A DNA stretch of 36,794 nucleotides, from the NCBI GenBank assembly GCA_964560745.1, contig CAZLOF010000001.1, positions 1-36,794 on the forward strand, read 5' to 3'. The notes under the pieces were generated by a model. It was not told the DNA's origin and did not search any database. It saw nothing but the letters and a program-made list of their open reading frames with translations. Positions 16,194-25,378 of this stretch are shown here, piece by piece. This DNA is from an uncultured Thermoflexus sp. (GTDB lineage Bacteria > Chloroflexota > Anaerolineae > J036 > Brachytrichaceae). The first letter of the stretch is position 1, and each line of letters opens with the position of its first letter. The position numbers and the translations under genes were made by a program.

Positions 16194-17948
16194 TCAGTTA
16201 TTTTCTTCCGTTAGCACCGGCTTCAGCATGGAACCATACTGCCGAATAAATGCACCTGCGAGCGTGCTGCCCACGTAACTTCCATGGCACTCGGCCACTT
16301 GACGATAATAAGCACGGGCATCCGCGAGCCTTTCATCCGGAGATTCCGGAGACATGCCAAGTGCTTCTGCGGTGATCTCTCGTATATCGTCCGGGGTGTT
16401 GTCGTGCAGCCTGATCCCTGCCGGCAGATCCGCCCAATTCTGAATGTATGCCACTCCGGATGCGAATATTTCGTCGATAGTCAGATAGCACTCGCGGCTT
16501 TCATCCCAAAACAACTTTGGCATCATCAAGTCCTGACTGGGCCATAACGGCAAACCAATTGGCAGCCAGTTGGAAAACACACAGCGAACGCCATAGATCG
16601 CCGGAATGGTGGCGAAACCAGAATTCGTCCCCAAGAAAAATCGGCAGCCGAGAGGGATCAAGATGTCCGCGCGAGGTGTCTTGAGGGTGCTATGAGCATA
16701 GTCGATGACTCCCGGTATTGGTGCCAGCGGCTTCATCGAGGGATCGCCCATACGGATAACCCAGCCCCCACTTTTCACAATCAGGTCGATGGCCGGCAAA
16801 TAGTCATCGATATTGGCATCCCGCATGCTGGGGTAAAGCGTATTCCAACCTTTGTGGAAACCCGGCTCTCGCACATGCAGACAAATGTACCAAGCCCCTT
16901 CGGGCAACCCGAGCAAGTTCAACGCCCGGTCAATGAATTTCCGTTCACCATCGGTAACCGAAAGCACTGGCGGCCGCTGTTGCCGCTCCCATTCTTTCTG
17001 GATCTTGTCCGCCGCGTGGGTATAACCCCACACCTCGCCATCTGGAAACTCGAATTCCCAGAAATCGTCGATCATCGCAAAACGTTCCGCTGACGTTAGC
17101 TGGCTCCAGCGACGCTTGCCATGGCGCTTGGCCCAACGGTCATAGTCTGGTTGCAGCCTTCCGCTCTCGATGAACTCAATGCCTGCTTCACCCAAGCGCT
17201 CGCACAGGTAGTTGCCGGGCACACCACTGATGTCGGTTTGAGCGACGACACGAACCTCCGCATCTCTGTAGAGCTTGTTGTACTTGGCGTAAAAATCGAG
17301 CATCGCCACATGGCCGATGGCGGCAAACCAAGAGTTGCCAACAATCCGGTAGATGGGTCCGGACTCCTCGCCGAGGATGAAGCGCCGCAATTCTCCGGCC
17401 TTTCTCCAATATTGATTTGCCAGCTCGATTTTGCCGAGCATGAAGAAGGTGATGCCAGCGTCACGAAGGAGTTGCAGCCTGCGTTCCAGCGGAAACTTGC
17501 CTGAAGAACGCTCGATCAGGTCCTCAAAGGACTCGCAGGCTAAGGCAAGTTTGCCCGCCTGGAAGAGTTGGTGCGCCAAGGCATATTGAGCCTCAGGGTC
17601 AAACTGCTCACCCGATAATGCCTCACGGAAAGTGGCCGGTTGTAGTTGCGAAGCCAATCCTTTGTCGGCCTTACCCACTGCCAGGTAAAGATATGACCGC
17701 AATGTCCGGTTATTTATGCGGGTGCGGTGCCTGCGTTTGGGTTCACGGCGGGATACATGAGCGATGAATCTTAGTGCTCCAAAACCCAGCACTGCGTCAG
17801 CGAGCTGGAACGGCAAATAGCCGATGCCACGAACGATGGGATTACCGGACAATTGTGATTTAGCCAGTACGCCCAGTACCCATACACTGTGATGGCCAAG
17901 AAAGGCCACATAGAGTCTGGCGATAGACGCCTTGATTCGGGAAAACAT
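16194..17948 (-). CDS. putative glycosyltransferase (TIGR04372-like domain) with N-terminal hydrophobic segment and TPR-like region
   Basis: It is a paralogue of the N-terminal domain of the 9660..12089 product (see that entry). The N-terminus is hydrophobic (VWVLGVLA..., GFGALRFIA), followed by TPR-like AQYALAHQLFQAGKLALACESFEDLI. The ATG at 17948 is preceded by GGAGAG. Confidence 0.7.
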   Translation of the reverse strand: MFSRIKASIARLYVAFLGHHSVWVLGVLAKSQLSGNPIVRGIGYLPFQLADAVLGFGALRFIAHVSRREPKRRHRTRINNRTLRSYLYLAVGKADKGLASQLQPATFREALSGEQFDPEAQYALAHQLFQAGKLALACESFEDLIERSSGKFPLERRLQLLRDAGITFFMLGKIELANQYWRKAGELRRFILGEESGPIYRIVGNSWFAAIGHVAMLDFYAKYNKLYRDAEVRVVAQTDISGVPGNYLCERLGEAGIEFIESGRLQPDYDRWAKRHGKRRWSQLTSAERFAMIDDFWEFEFPDGEVWGYTHAADKIQKEWERQQRPPVLSVTDGERKFIDRALNLLGLPEGAWYICLHVREPGFHKGWNTLYPSMRDANIDDYLPAIDLIVKSGGWVIRMGDPSMKPLAPIPGVIDYAHSTLKTPRADILIPLGCRFFLGTNSGFATIPAIYGVRCVFSNWLPIGLPLWPSQDLMMPKLFWDESRECYLTIDEIFASGVAYIQNWADLPAGIRLHDNTPDDIREITAEALGMSPESPDERLADARAYYRQVAECHGSYVGSTLAGAFIRQYGSMLKPVLTEENN

Positions 17949-17966
17949 ATTCTCTCCAGTAGCTAT

Positions 17967-18497
17967 CTATCGTGATGCTTTCCAGTCGCTAACCCTTTGG
18001 CGCAACTGTGACGTATAGGAAACGGATTCGGCAGTACCTTCGACCGGCGAAAAAGCGGCCCAATCGGTCTGGGCCGGATCAAACGGGCCATTGGTAGTCT
18101 CGTGAATTACCAGAACCGGACTGCTGATTAAGAGTGTGTGATAGCGCGGGCTATCGAGACGGTAGTAGAAATTGGCGCTCGGTCCCAGTTCAATCACATC
18201 TTCTATGCTCCCCTGCTCCGAGAGGATGACAATGTCGGCGCTACCCTCGATCAGGTGGAAGGACTCGACCTTGCCGTGGTGGCGGTGAGGGCGCACGTAG
18301 CTACCGGGGGCGATGCCAATCAGCATCTCGTGGAGGTTGTCGCCGGAATCCTTGTGGGCACAGATACGGGCACGACCTCGGGGATTGCGCAGGGCGCAGT
18401 CACGGATAAATACGACGGCTTGCCTATCCAGACGAACAATTTCATCTGCGGCAACATAAACCTCGTCGTTGATTTTCTTGAGGGGCAAAGGGCTCAT
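17967..18497 (-). CDS. WbuC-family cupin-fold metalloprotein
   Basis: RARICAHKDSGDNLHEMLIGIAPGSYVRPHRHHGKVESFHLIEGSADIVIL. This cupin His/Glu pattern and the size of about 175 aa match my memory of the WbuC family found in O-antigen loci. Confidence 0.7.
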   Translation of the reverse strand: MSPLPLKKINDEVYVAADEIVRLDRQAVVFIRDCALRNPRGRARICAHKDSGDNLHEMLIGIAPGSYVRPHRHHGKVESFHLIEGSADIVILSEQGSIEDVIELGPSANFYYRLDSPRYHTLLISSPVLVIHETTNGPFDPAQTDWAAFSPVEGTAESVSYTSQLRQRVSDWKASR

Positions 18498-18506
18498 TGT
18501 GCGTCT

Positions 18507-19688
18507 CTAGGTGAGAGGAAAAGCCGGAACGAAATTTCCTCCAGCATTGAAATAATCGGCGAGCTTCTGACGGACGCGGACCTCACTCTCCGGACTCAGG
18601 GTCGAGATGCAGGTACGGATGTTTCTTGCAGCCAGTGCTGATGAGGGCTCGATAGGCAGATGAGAGCCTGGCATGCGCATCCCAACCTTCTTCGGATGGT
18701 CGTCAATCACACAATCGATGAACGGGGAGATGCCCATGAAGTTGATGAATTTGACGGCAAGGTGGCCGCCGCCGAAAACAGCGAGCGTTTCACCTGATGA
18801 TTTCAGCGACGAGAGGGCGGTATGCCACCGGTCCTTTTCAACTGGGTAGCTATCGGCAAAGGCCTGAAGGTCGTCCACGGTGCCGCGATTTGGTAGATCA
18901 ATCACGGGAGCAATGGAATCGAAGCGCAGTACAGCGACTAAGGCATCCTCGAAGGGGTAGCGATAGCGCTCGAAACGAACAACAGTCGCACCGACCCGAT
19001 TTGCCAAATTTCGAAACGAGGGTTCGGTGAAATAACTAAAATGCTCTTCCCAGACAAAGGCGTGGTGTGAGCGACGCAAGATGCACTCGTTGTCCGGAAA
19101 TTCGACGACCATGTAGCCCCCGGGAGCCAGCAAGGCACGAAGAGTGGATAGGAAGCACGCCGCTGATTCCGCATGTTCGACCATGTGGCGCACCAGCAGA
19201 ACATCGGCAGCACCATACCGATTCCGCAAGGCATCGATGACAGTGGTGTCTGAAAGACTGTGCTGCAAAGTTTCTAGGCCAAAAGTAGATGAGCGGGCGA
19301 GCAGATCATTCAGCTTTATGGAATCTACTTGGCGAAACCCTCGTTGAGAGAAACGCTCCAGCGTGCTCTGGTCCTTGTAGCTGGTACCGAGGATTCGTGC
19401 ATCGACGTTGATGCCCGGCAGAGCTATAAGTTTTTCCGACAGCTCGTCAAGGTGGCTTTCGGGTTCGCTATTGGCGAGCCAGTCGAATCGCGGCCGGATC
19501 GCATTGATGGGCATGCGATCCACCAGTTGAGCGGTGCCGCAGTCATCGCAGTAACCGAGGCTCAGCGAATAACATTCCTCTCCACTCTCGCTTCCCGGGT
19601 GCAAAAAACGGTTAGAGGGTGGTTGGCTGCCAAAATCCAGCGAACGCTGGAGCGAGGTACTTCCGCAGACGGTGCAGCAGACGGTCAT
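18507..19688 (-). CDS. divergent NDP-hexose C-methyltransferase-like protein (Zn-ribbon + MTase fold + C-terminal domain)
   Basis: CTVCGS...CDDCGTAQLV, a four-Cys ribbon as in TylC3-like enzymes. It has the same three-part layout as the 21629..22876 product. The glycine-rich SAM motif is degenerate (ILGTSYKDQS versus VEFGSNDGTL). The start is at ATG 19688 (MTVCCTVCGS), in an ATGA overlap with the upstream stop. Confidence 0.65.
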   Translation of the reverse strand: MTVCCTVCGSTSLQRSLDFGSQPPSNRFLHPGSESGEECYSLSLGYCDDCGTAQLVDRMPINAIRPRFDWLANSEPESHLDELSEKLIALPGINVDARILGTSYKDQSTLERFSQRGFRQVDSIKLNDLLARSSTFGLETLQHSLSDTTVIDALRNRYGAADVLLVRHMVEHAESAACFLSTLRALLAPGGYMVVEFPDNECILRRSHHAFVWEEHFSYFTEPSFRNLANRVGATVVRFERYRYPFEDALVAVLRFDSIAPVIDLPNRGTVDDLQAFADSYPVEKDRWHTALSSLKSSGETLAVFGGGHLAVKFINFMGISPFIDCVIDDHPKKVGMRMPGSHLPIEPSSALAARNIRTCISTLSPESEVRVRQKLADYFNAGGNFVPAFPLT

Positions 19689-20371
19689 TGATCCTCGCGC
19701 ATGCGCTTGCCGGCACACAGGGCAAAAAGGTACTGCGCCATGGGCTGATAGCCGGTGTGGATGACTTCGTCGTTCATGGAGAACATGAATACATTGTCAA
19801 AATACTCGAGCATGAGCGACTTGATCTCTGGACCTTTCTTGCAGTTGATATGACCGATCTTGCTGAGCGGCGCGGCATAGGCTTGAGATTCGAGCGATGG
19901 CATGCCGACAATCAACACACCTTCTGGCGTCAGGCTGGATACGATGTTGTCGAGAAATTGGCGTTCGCTGGCCTGCTCAATGTGTTCGAGCACGTCGAGG
20001 GTATAGGCGCCATCAAACTCGCCCGGCACAGACCCCGAGAGCATGTCATGCACCGCCAAAGTGAACGGCCAAGTCGGATCGGCACGTTCTTGTGCATCTT
20101 CGATGAACAAGGGGTCGATATCCACGGCGTGCAGTTCGCCCACTTCCTGCAATACGATGCGGACAGGAAAAGCATCACCGCATCCGACTTCGAGTACCCG
20201 CTTTTTACCTGACAGCATTTTGGCAATGAACTTATAGCGGGCGAGAACGAACACCAGGCGTTTGGGATCACCATGCCAGTTGGCATTCTTCTCCACACCG
20301 AGCCGGGTCAGGCCCTGCTTTTCCTTGAGTTCGATATGGCTTTCGTATTGACGCTCTACTGTTCTTGCCAT
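19685..20371 (-). CDS. class I SAM-dependent methyltransferase
   Basis: VLEVGCGDAFPV (motif I), AVDIDP, and YTLDVLEHI...LTPEGVLIVGMP. The ATG at 20371 is preceded by GGAGGAAATTAAGGC. Confidence 0.8.
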   Translation of the reverse strand: MARTVERQYESHIELKEKQGLTRLGVEKNANWHGDPKRLVFVLARYKFIAKMLSGKKRVLEVGCGDAFPVRIVLQEVGELHAVDIDPLFIEDAQERADPTWPFTLAVHDMLSGSVPGEFDGAYTLDVLEHIEQASERQFLDNIVSSLTPEGVLIVGMPSLESQAYAAPLSKIGHINCKKGPEIKSLMLEYFDNVFMFSMNDEVIHTGYQPMAQYLFALCAGKRMREDQ

Positions 20372-20414
20372 GCCTTAATTTCCTCCGCGATTCGCCTTGT
20401 TGCGTCTAATTGGT

Positions 20415-21626
20415 TCAAACCGGCACAGCAGACGACCAAGCCGGCCTGCGTACCAGAGAAAGATATGAAGTCTCCCGGCCAAACAGGGAGTTGAAATGTT
20501 TCATCTGCGACACCGCATCGACCACGACTGCAGGCAACCCAAAAGCAAGGTCTGCAAACTCCTGAAGCGCCTTGACGGCAGGAAGCTCTGCAGGCAAGGC
20601 GCCAATGAATTCAACCAGCAGTTCACGTACCTTTTCCGCAGCGGATGGGACATGAGTTTGGTAGGCTATGTGTGTGTCTTCATGGGCCTCGACAGCAGCG
20701 AGAATTTCGTAGGCGAGCCGCTCCAGGTGATTGGCGGCATCGGGGTCGCCTAGGCTTGCGGGCTGCCGATGGTCCAGATAATTATGGGCCTTGCGCCAGT
20801 ACTCATCGAGTATGTGTCCGTTGATCGCTCTATCCACACCCGCCAACGATTTGAACCAACGCCAGTCCTCGGCGAAGGATGGGCTGGCACCAACGACGTC
20901 GAAGTTTGCCCGTAGTCTCGCGATGACCGTCGGGATGCTGAGACACAGACCGAAATAGGCAGGGTTGAGCATATTGTCCTGGACCCAGTCGCGAGCATTT
21001 CGCGTCATGGCGCCAAGCGTATTCAGGTGGGGAGCAAAGGCTTTTTCGAGAACCTCTGATTTCACCTCGAAATCCATATCGGGAGAAACCAGATAGGGCA
21101 CCAGGAATCGTCTCAGGAGGTTGGGCACAAAACCAATCGGGGCCACAGTGGTGACGACCAATGCTCCGCCGGGGACAACCAGATGACTGAGTTTGTCGAG
21201 TAACGCGAGCTCGTGGTCGGAATTGCCCAGCCAGTTTTCGCATAGAACCACGTCGAAGGATTCTGATGGTTCGAATTCCTGTAGGGTCTGCGTCACGATC
21301 TCGGGTGCGGTATGCGGCAGAACGAAGCCTGCATAAGCGGCATCGATATGTTCGACGGCGGTCGCATTGGGTTCCAGCAGGAGCAGCCGCGCCGGTTTGA
21401 GCTGAGCCAGGTAGAGGCTGTTGTGACCCGTGCCCGCCGCTACTTCCAGAACCGAGGCGCCCTTGAAAGCGAAAGGCAGGATACCAAGTTTGTTATAGAG
21501 TGCCTCTCGCCGCTGCAAGTGGGCATCCATGCTGCTCAGGTCGTAGCGTACCGGCGCAATACCGTGCTGGCGGTAGTACTCGAGGTGATTTTGTCGTTTT
21601 GTCGAAGTCACGAAGATGTCCAACAC
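20415..21626 (-). CDS. class I SAM-dependent methyltransferase with an uncharacterised ~200-aa C-terminal extension
   Basis: VLEVAAGTGHNSLYL (motif I), LLLLEPN, and VVLCENWL...VVPGGALVV. The start is GTG 21626, 2 nt after the upstream stop. Confidence 0.75.
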   Translation of the reverse strand: MLDIFVTSTKRQNHLEYYRQHGIAPVRYDLSSMDAHLQRREALYNKLGILPFAFKGASVLEVAAGTGHNSLYLAQLKPARLLLLEPNATAVEHIDAAYAGFVLPHTAPEIVTQTLQEFEPSESFDVVLCENWLGNSDHELALLDKLSHLVVPGGALVVTTVAPIGFVPNLLRRFLVPYLVSPDMDFEVKSEVLEKAFAPHLNTLGAMTRNARDWVQDNMLNPAYFGLCLSIPTVIARLRANFDVVGASPSFAEDWRWFKSLAGVDRAINGHILDEYWRKAHNYLDHRQPASLGDPDAANHLERLAYEILAAVEAHEDTHIAYQTHVPSAAEKVRELLVEFIGALPAELPAVKALQEFADLAFGLPAVVVDAVSQMKHFNSLFGRETSYLSLVRRPAWSSAVPV

Positions 21627-21628
21627 CG

Positions 21629-22876
21629 TTAGGGGATCAAATCGATATCAGGCAGAGGTACCAGAAACCTGCCGCCACGCCGGATGTATTCCTGATGCTT
21701 GGCCACGATAGGCTGCGCATAGCGCCAGGCCAGGATAATAATCAGCGCAGGCTGGTACTGAAGGACACCCTCACCTGAATATACGGGCAGGTCGTAGCCC
21801 GGCCCCTCGATCCGGTCCTTGAAGGGCGTATCGTCGAACATGAAGTCCAATTTATCTTCCAGTTCAAACTGGTGAATCAGGGCGGCGCAGCCAACAGAGG
21901 TTCCGTAGGCGGCAATAGATTGGCCACCAGCACGAGCTTCAACAATCAGGGCATGCAATCTTGTCTTGATGTCAGCAACCTTTGCACTGAAGCGCTGGTG
22001 GTAGGCGGGATCATAAAGACCTGTCTCGTTTTCCAAAGCAATCAGCTCACCGACTCTTGCCGAGACCTGCCGAGGGCCGCCCTTATGTTGAATCCAGAAA
22101 CGAATGGAACCACCTTTAGTGTGGATGCGCTCGGCGTCGAAGACTTCCAGACCAAATCGGGCAAAGGCCCGTGCTACTGGCTGAACCGAGAAACATGAGA
22201 TGTGTTCGTGGTAAATCACGTCCAGCAACGTGTGCTCGAAGACGTCGAGTGCGTACTGTGTTTCGAAGGCATAGGCACCGTCATCCTTTAGCAGGGTCTT
22301 GACGCCCCGGATGATATCCTCCAGGTTGTCGATATTGGCCATCACATTGTTGGACAGAATCAAATCAGCGCGACCCACAGTCTGCATAAGATCGCCAGCC
22401 AAGCGTTCGCCAAAGAAGTCGGCCCGCGTCGGGATACCGCGGGCCGTGGCTTCGGCTGCGATGACACCCGCCGGATCTATGCCCTGGACGTGCATTCCCT
22501 TCTCACGGAAGAAATTGAGCAACGTGCCATCGTTACTGCCAAACTCGACCACAAGACTGTCCGGCCGCAACTCAAGCCGTTCGACTGCGCCGTCGCAGAG
22601 GGACCCGAAGTGCTCTGCGAGCCCCTTGGATATCGCAGTACGGTAAAGATAGTTGCGGTAAATCAGCGAGGGATCGACCACGTGGATCAGCTGTATCAAA
22701 CCGCAATCGCGACACAGATATGTGTCCAGCGGTGCCACGGTAGATGTCACGGACTTTTCCGTGACATCTACGTTGGGCGAAACGATAGGCACTTTTGCCA
22801 GAGGAACGCTCAGTTCAATAGCTGATGAACCACAGCAGCGGCATGTTTTGCGGAGATGGACAAGTTCAGTGGACAT
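21629..22876 (-). CDS. NDP-hexose C-methyltransferase family protein (TylC3-like architecture)
   Basis: CRCCGS...CRDCGLIQL (Zn ribbon), VVEFGSNDGTLLNFF (motif I), GIDPA, and EHISCFS with the C-terminal AAYGTSVGCAAL domain. The start is set at ATG 22876 (MSTELVHL), overlapping the upstream gene by 11 nt. Confidence 0.8.
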   Translation of the reverse strand: MSTELVHLRKTCRCCGSSAIELSVPLAKVPIVSPNVDVTEKSVTSTVAPLDTYLCRDCGLIQLIHVVDPSLIYRNYLYRTAISKGLAEHFGSLCDGAVERLELRPDSLVVEFGSNDGTLLNFFREKGMHVQGIDPAGVIAAEATARGIPTRADFFGERLAGDLMQTVGRADLILSNNVMANIDNLEDIIRGVKTLLKDDGAYAFETQYALDVFEHTLLDVIYHEHISCFSVQPVARAFARFGLEVFDAERIHTKGGSIRFWIQHKGGPRQVSARVGELIALENETGLYDPAYHQRFSAKVADIKTRLHALIVEARAGGQSIAAYGTSVGCAALIHQFELEDKLDFMFDDTPFKDRIEGPGYDLPVYSGEGVLQYQPALIIILAWRYAQPIVAKHQEYIRRGGRFLVPLPDIDLIP

Positions 22877-23939
22877 GCTTTGCCTCGTTATATTCGATCC
22901 GGTGCCAGATATCTTCAATCAAGCGAAGATCATTCATTGCATCGACGCCGTTGGTGAGCGGCGGCTGTCGTTCTAGCAAATTGCCGACAAAAGCATGGGC
23001 CTGACACTTAAAGCTCCAGATTTTTTCGATGGGAAGTTCTCGCACACCGACAGCCCTATTATTTTCATTGATGCGAACGCGACCGACTTGATCGACAGCC
23101 ATTGGAGATGGAATTTCCAATAGGAGACGACCTTTTTCGAAGATGAACTCAGCCCCCTGAAGCCATTCGCCGCTCGCGCTCTTGGCAAGTTCAAAGACGA
23201 CTGGAGTTCGGTTGGCTTCAAATGTGGCGGTTAGCCCTCCCTGAATCGGTGACCCTGCGTGCACCAAACGCAGTTCATTGGCAGGAAAAAAATAAGTTAG
23301 TAGATTAATGTCATGGCTGGCAGCATTCATGAACCAGGCATAGTCATCCGCGCGTGTCTTGGAAAGCCAATCGGGTGATGTAGGCCATGTCTCAAACCGG
23401 ACCGTTCGACTTTCCTCTGGTCTTTTGTGTTGTGGTGGTGGGTGAGCGTAATCGCGGGCGTAGTCGTAGAACCTTGCCAGCAACATCTGTCCAAGCACGC
23501 CAGAACTGACTAGTTGATCCACTTCTTGCTTGGCCGCTTGGACACCGGGGTCATAGCGTTTCATGAAAGCTACGCCGAGGAGCTTATCCATTTCGGCAGC
23601 TTTATTGACCAGTTTTGTCGCCTGTTGGAGGGTGTGCGCCAACGGCTTCTCAACCAATACATCCTTGCCTGCTTCAATTGCGGCGAGCGTTAATGAGCCT
23701 GAGGCCGGACGCGGAGCAATGATTACAATTGCGGAAATATTTGGGTCGTCGAACAGTACATGATGATCCGGAACAACTCGGTTCACTCCAACTGCATCAT
23801 GTAGATGCCGAACCAGCGAAGGCCTCGACTCGGCGACAGCAACTACTTCACAGCGTTGGTCCGCAAGATAAAACGGGAGATGGGCAATTTGGCTCACCAT
23901 ACCACCGCCGACAATACCGATTTTGATACGAGTACTCAT
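22866..23939 (-). CDS. Gfo/Idh/MocA-family NAD(P)-dependent oxidoreductase
   Basis: IKIGIVGGGMVSQIAHLPFY...VVAVAE and DVLVEKPLA, the family's EKP motif. The ATG at 23939 is in an ATGA overlap with the upstream stop. Confidence 0.85.
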   Translation of the reverse strand: MSTRIKIGIVGGGMVSQIAHLPFYLADQRCEVVAVAESRPSLVRHLHDAVGVNRVVPDHHVLFDDPNISAIVIIAPRPASGSLTLAAIEAGKDVLVEKPLAHTLQQATKLVNKAAEMDKLLGVAFMKRYDPGVQAAKQEVDQLVSSGVLGQMLLARFYDYARDYAHPPPQHKRPEESRTVRFETWPTSPDWLSKTRADDYAWFMNAASHDINLLTYFFPANELRLVHAGSPIQGGLTATFEANRTPVVFELAKSASGEWLQGAEFIFEKGRLLLEIPSPMAVDQVGRVRINENNRAVGVRELPIEKIWSFKCQAHAFVGNLLERQPPLTNGVDAMNDLRLIEDIWHRIEYNEAKHVH

Positions 23940-24598
23940 TCGAAATATATAAACTCATAGTCGCCGGTATAACCAAAATGGTTGTACAGCCAAATCCACT
24001 CGGCAGTATCGAACAGCGATTCTGCTGTCAATGCCCAACATTCCAAGTTGAACATTTCCTGTTCGTCCCTGTAACTCTCAACCATTACGTACGCGGATTT
24101 ACCAACGCGCTCAATTTCGCCTAAGGCCGTCTTGAGCTCAAAAATGCGAAGGTTATGCAGTGTTGCTAAAGAAATTACCAAGTCAAAATGCTTGTCGCCA
24201 AAAGGTAGGGGATCTTGTGCGCGGTATCTGACTAGGGAATCCCGGATATCTTCCGGAGCGTCAGCCAATCCATGCTTTGAGATATCAAACCCTACACACG
24301 TTGCTCCCGGGAGCAATTGCTTAAGCTCATATAGAAGATGTGCCTTGCCACAACCAACGTCCAGAATGCGCGCACCGGGCAATAGTCCATATGTCTTGAT
24401 TAACTGCTCGGCAACTGGCTTCCAACGACCGGTATATCGATATCCACCGAAACCATAACGCCGGTCACCGTCCCAATAGTCAACCTCATATTCTTTCGCC
24501 TTACGCATGCAATGTACTTTGTCATCAAGCATGCGAGCCAAGTAATCACGTTTTGTACTTTTGTGAAGCGTTGAAACTATATCGAGCTGTCGCCCCAT
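23936..24598 (-). CDS. class I SAM-dependent methyltransferase
   Basis: ILDVGCGKAHLLYEL (motif I), GFDIS, and DLVISLATLHN. ATG at 24598. Confidence 0.8.
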   Translation of the reverse strand: MGRQLDIVSTLHKSTKRDYLARMLDDKVHCMRKAKEYEVDYWDGDRRYGFGGYRYTGRWKPVAEQLIKTYGLLPGARILDVGCGKAHLLYELKQLLPGATCVGFDISKHGLADAPEDIRDSLVRYRAQDPLPFGDKHFDLVISLATLHNLRIFELKTALGEIERVGKSAYVMVESYRDEQEMFNLECWALTAESLFDTAEWIWLYNHFGYTGDYEFIYFE

Positions 24599-24654
24599 AG
24601 CTAATCACCCTATCCACGCCGCCGCTTTTTTTTCCGTTGCTGAAATGTCTTGAA

Positions 24655-25374
24655 TCATGTTTTCGACTCAACTGACACGATCTTTCCATGCTCTAAATGG
24701 ATAATCTTGTTGCACTGATCTTGAATCATTGCGTGGTTGTGGGAGGCAATCACAACTATCTGCGCATTACTCAACATACGATCAAGACGTGCCTTAGCCT
24801 TCGTCGCAAATTCGGAGTCGCCAACACTAAGCCATTCATCCATGAGGACGATATCCGAGTCGAAACATGTGGAAATCGCAAAGGCTAAGCGCATTGTCAT
24901 GCCACTTGAATATGTTCTTATGGGTAGATGGAGAAAGTCGCCAAGGCCGGAAAATTCTTCAATCTCTTCGATTGCCGCAGCCATTTGTTTTTTTGGGATC
25001 CCCATTACGTGGCCGCGCATAAATGCATTTTCTAAGCCGCTGGCCTCCATATCCATGCCGAGCGTAATACTAAGCATCGATGTAACCCGGCCTTTGACTG
25101 TCATCTCGCCTGCGACAGGTTCATAGATACCGGCAAGAGCTCTCAAGAGAGTCGATTTCCCCGAACCGTTGTGACCAATCAACCCGACTCTATCGCCCTC
25201 ATGGAATTCAAAATTCAGTCTATCGAGTGCTCGAACAACGACGTGGTTGGAAGCATCTTTTGCTAATGCACCGCCGGTTGCCGCATGAAGAATTTTTTTC
25301 TTAATTGATCGATTGGTTGTGCTTCCGTAAATCGGAAATTCAATAACCAAATCTTTTGCATGGATCAAGGGCAT
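24655..25374 (-). CDS. wzt: polysaccharide ABC exporter ATP-binding protein, short form without a C-terminal carbohydrate-binding domain
   Basis: GLIGHNGSGKSTLLRALAGI (Walker A), YSSGMTMRLAFA (signature) and IVLMDEWLSVGD (Walker B). The start is set at ATG 25374 (MPLIHAKDL), 4 nt after the permease stop, giving about 239 aa. Confidence 0.9.
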   Translation of the reverse strand: MPLIHAKDLVIEFPIYGSTTNRSIKKKILHAATGGALAKDASNHVVVRALDRLNFEFHEGDRVGLIGHNGSGKSTLLRALAGIYEPVAGEMTVKGRVTSMLSITLGMDMEASGLENAFMRGHVMGIPKKQMAAAIEEIEEFSGLGDFLHLPIRTYSSGMTMRLAFAISTCFDSDIVLMDEWLSVGDSEFATKAKARLDRMLSNAQIVVIASHNHAMIQDQCNKIIHLEHGKIVSVESKT

Positions 25375-25378
25375 AGCT

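Noticed and set aside
24618-24640. A run of eight T after GC-rich gccgccgc (plus strand), which looks like a Rho-independent terminator tail.
   Set aside because: I could not find a complementary arm to form a stem. It also lies on the wrong strand for the surrounding minus-strand genes, where it reads as an A-run between wzt and the next methyltransferase.
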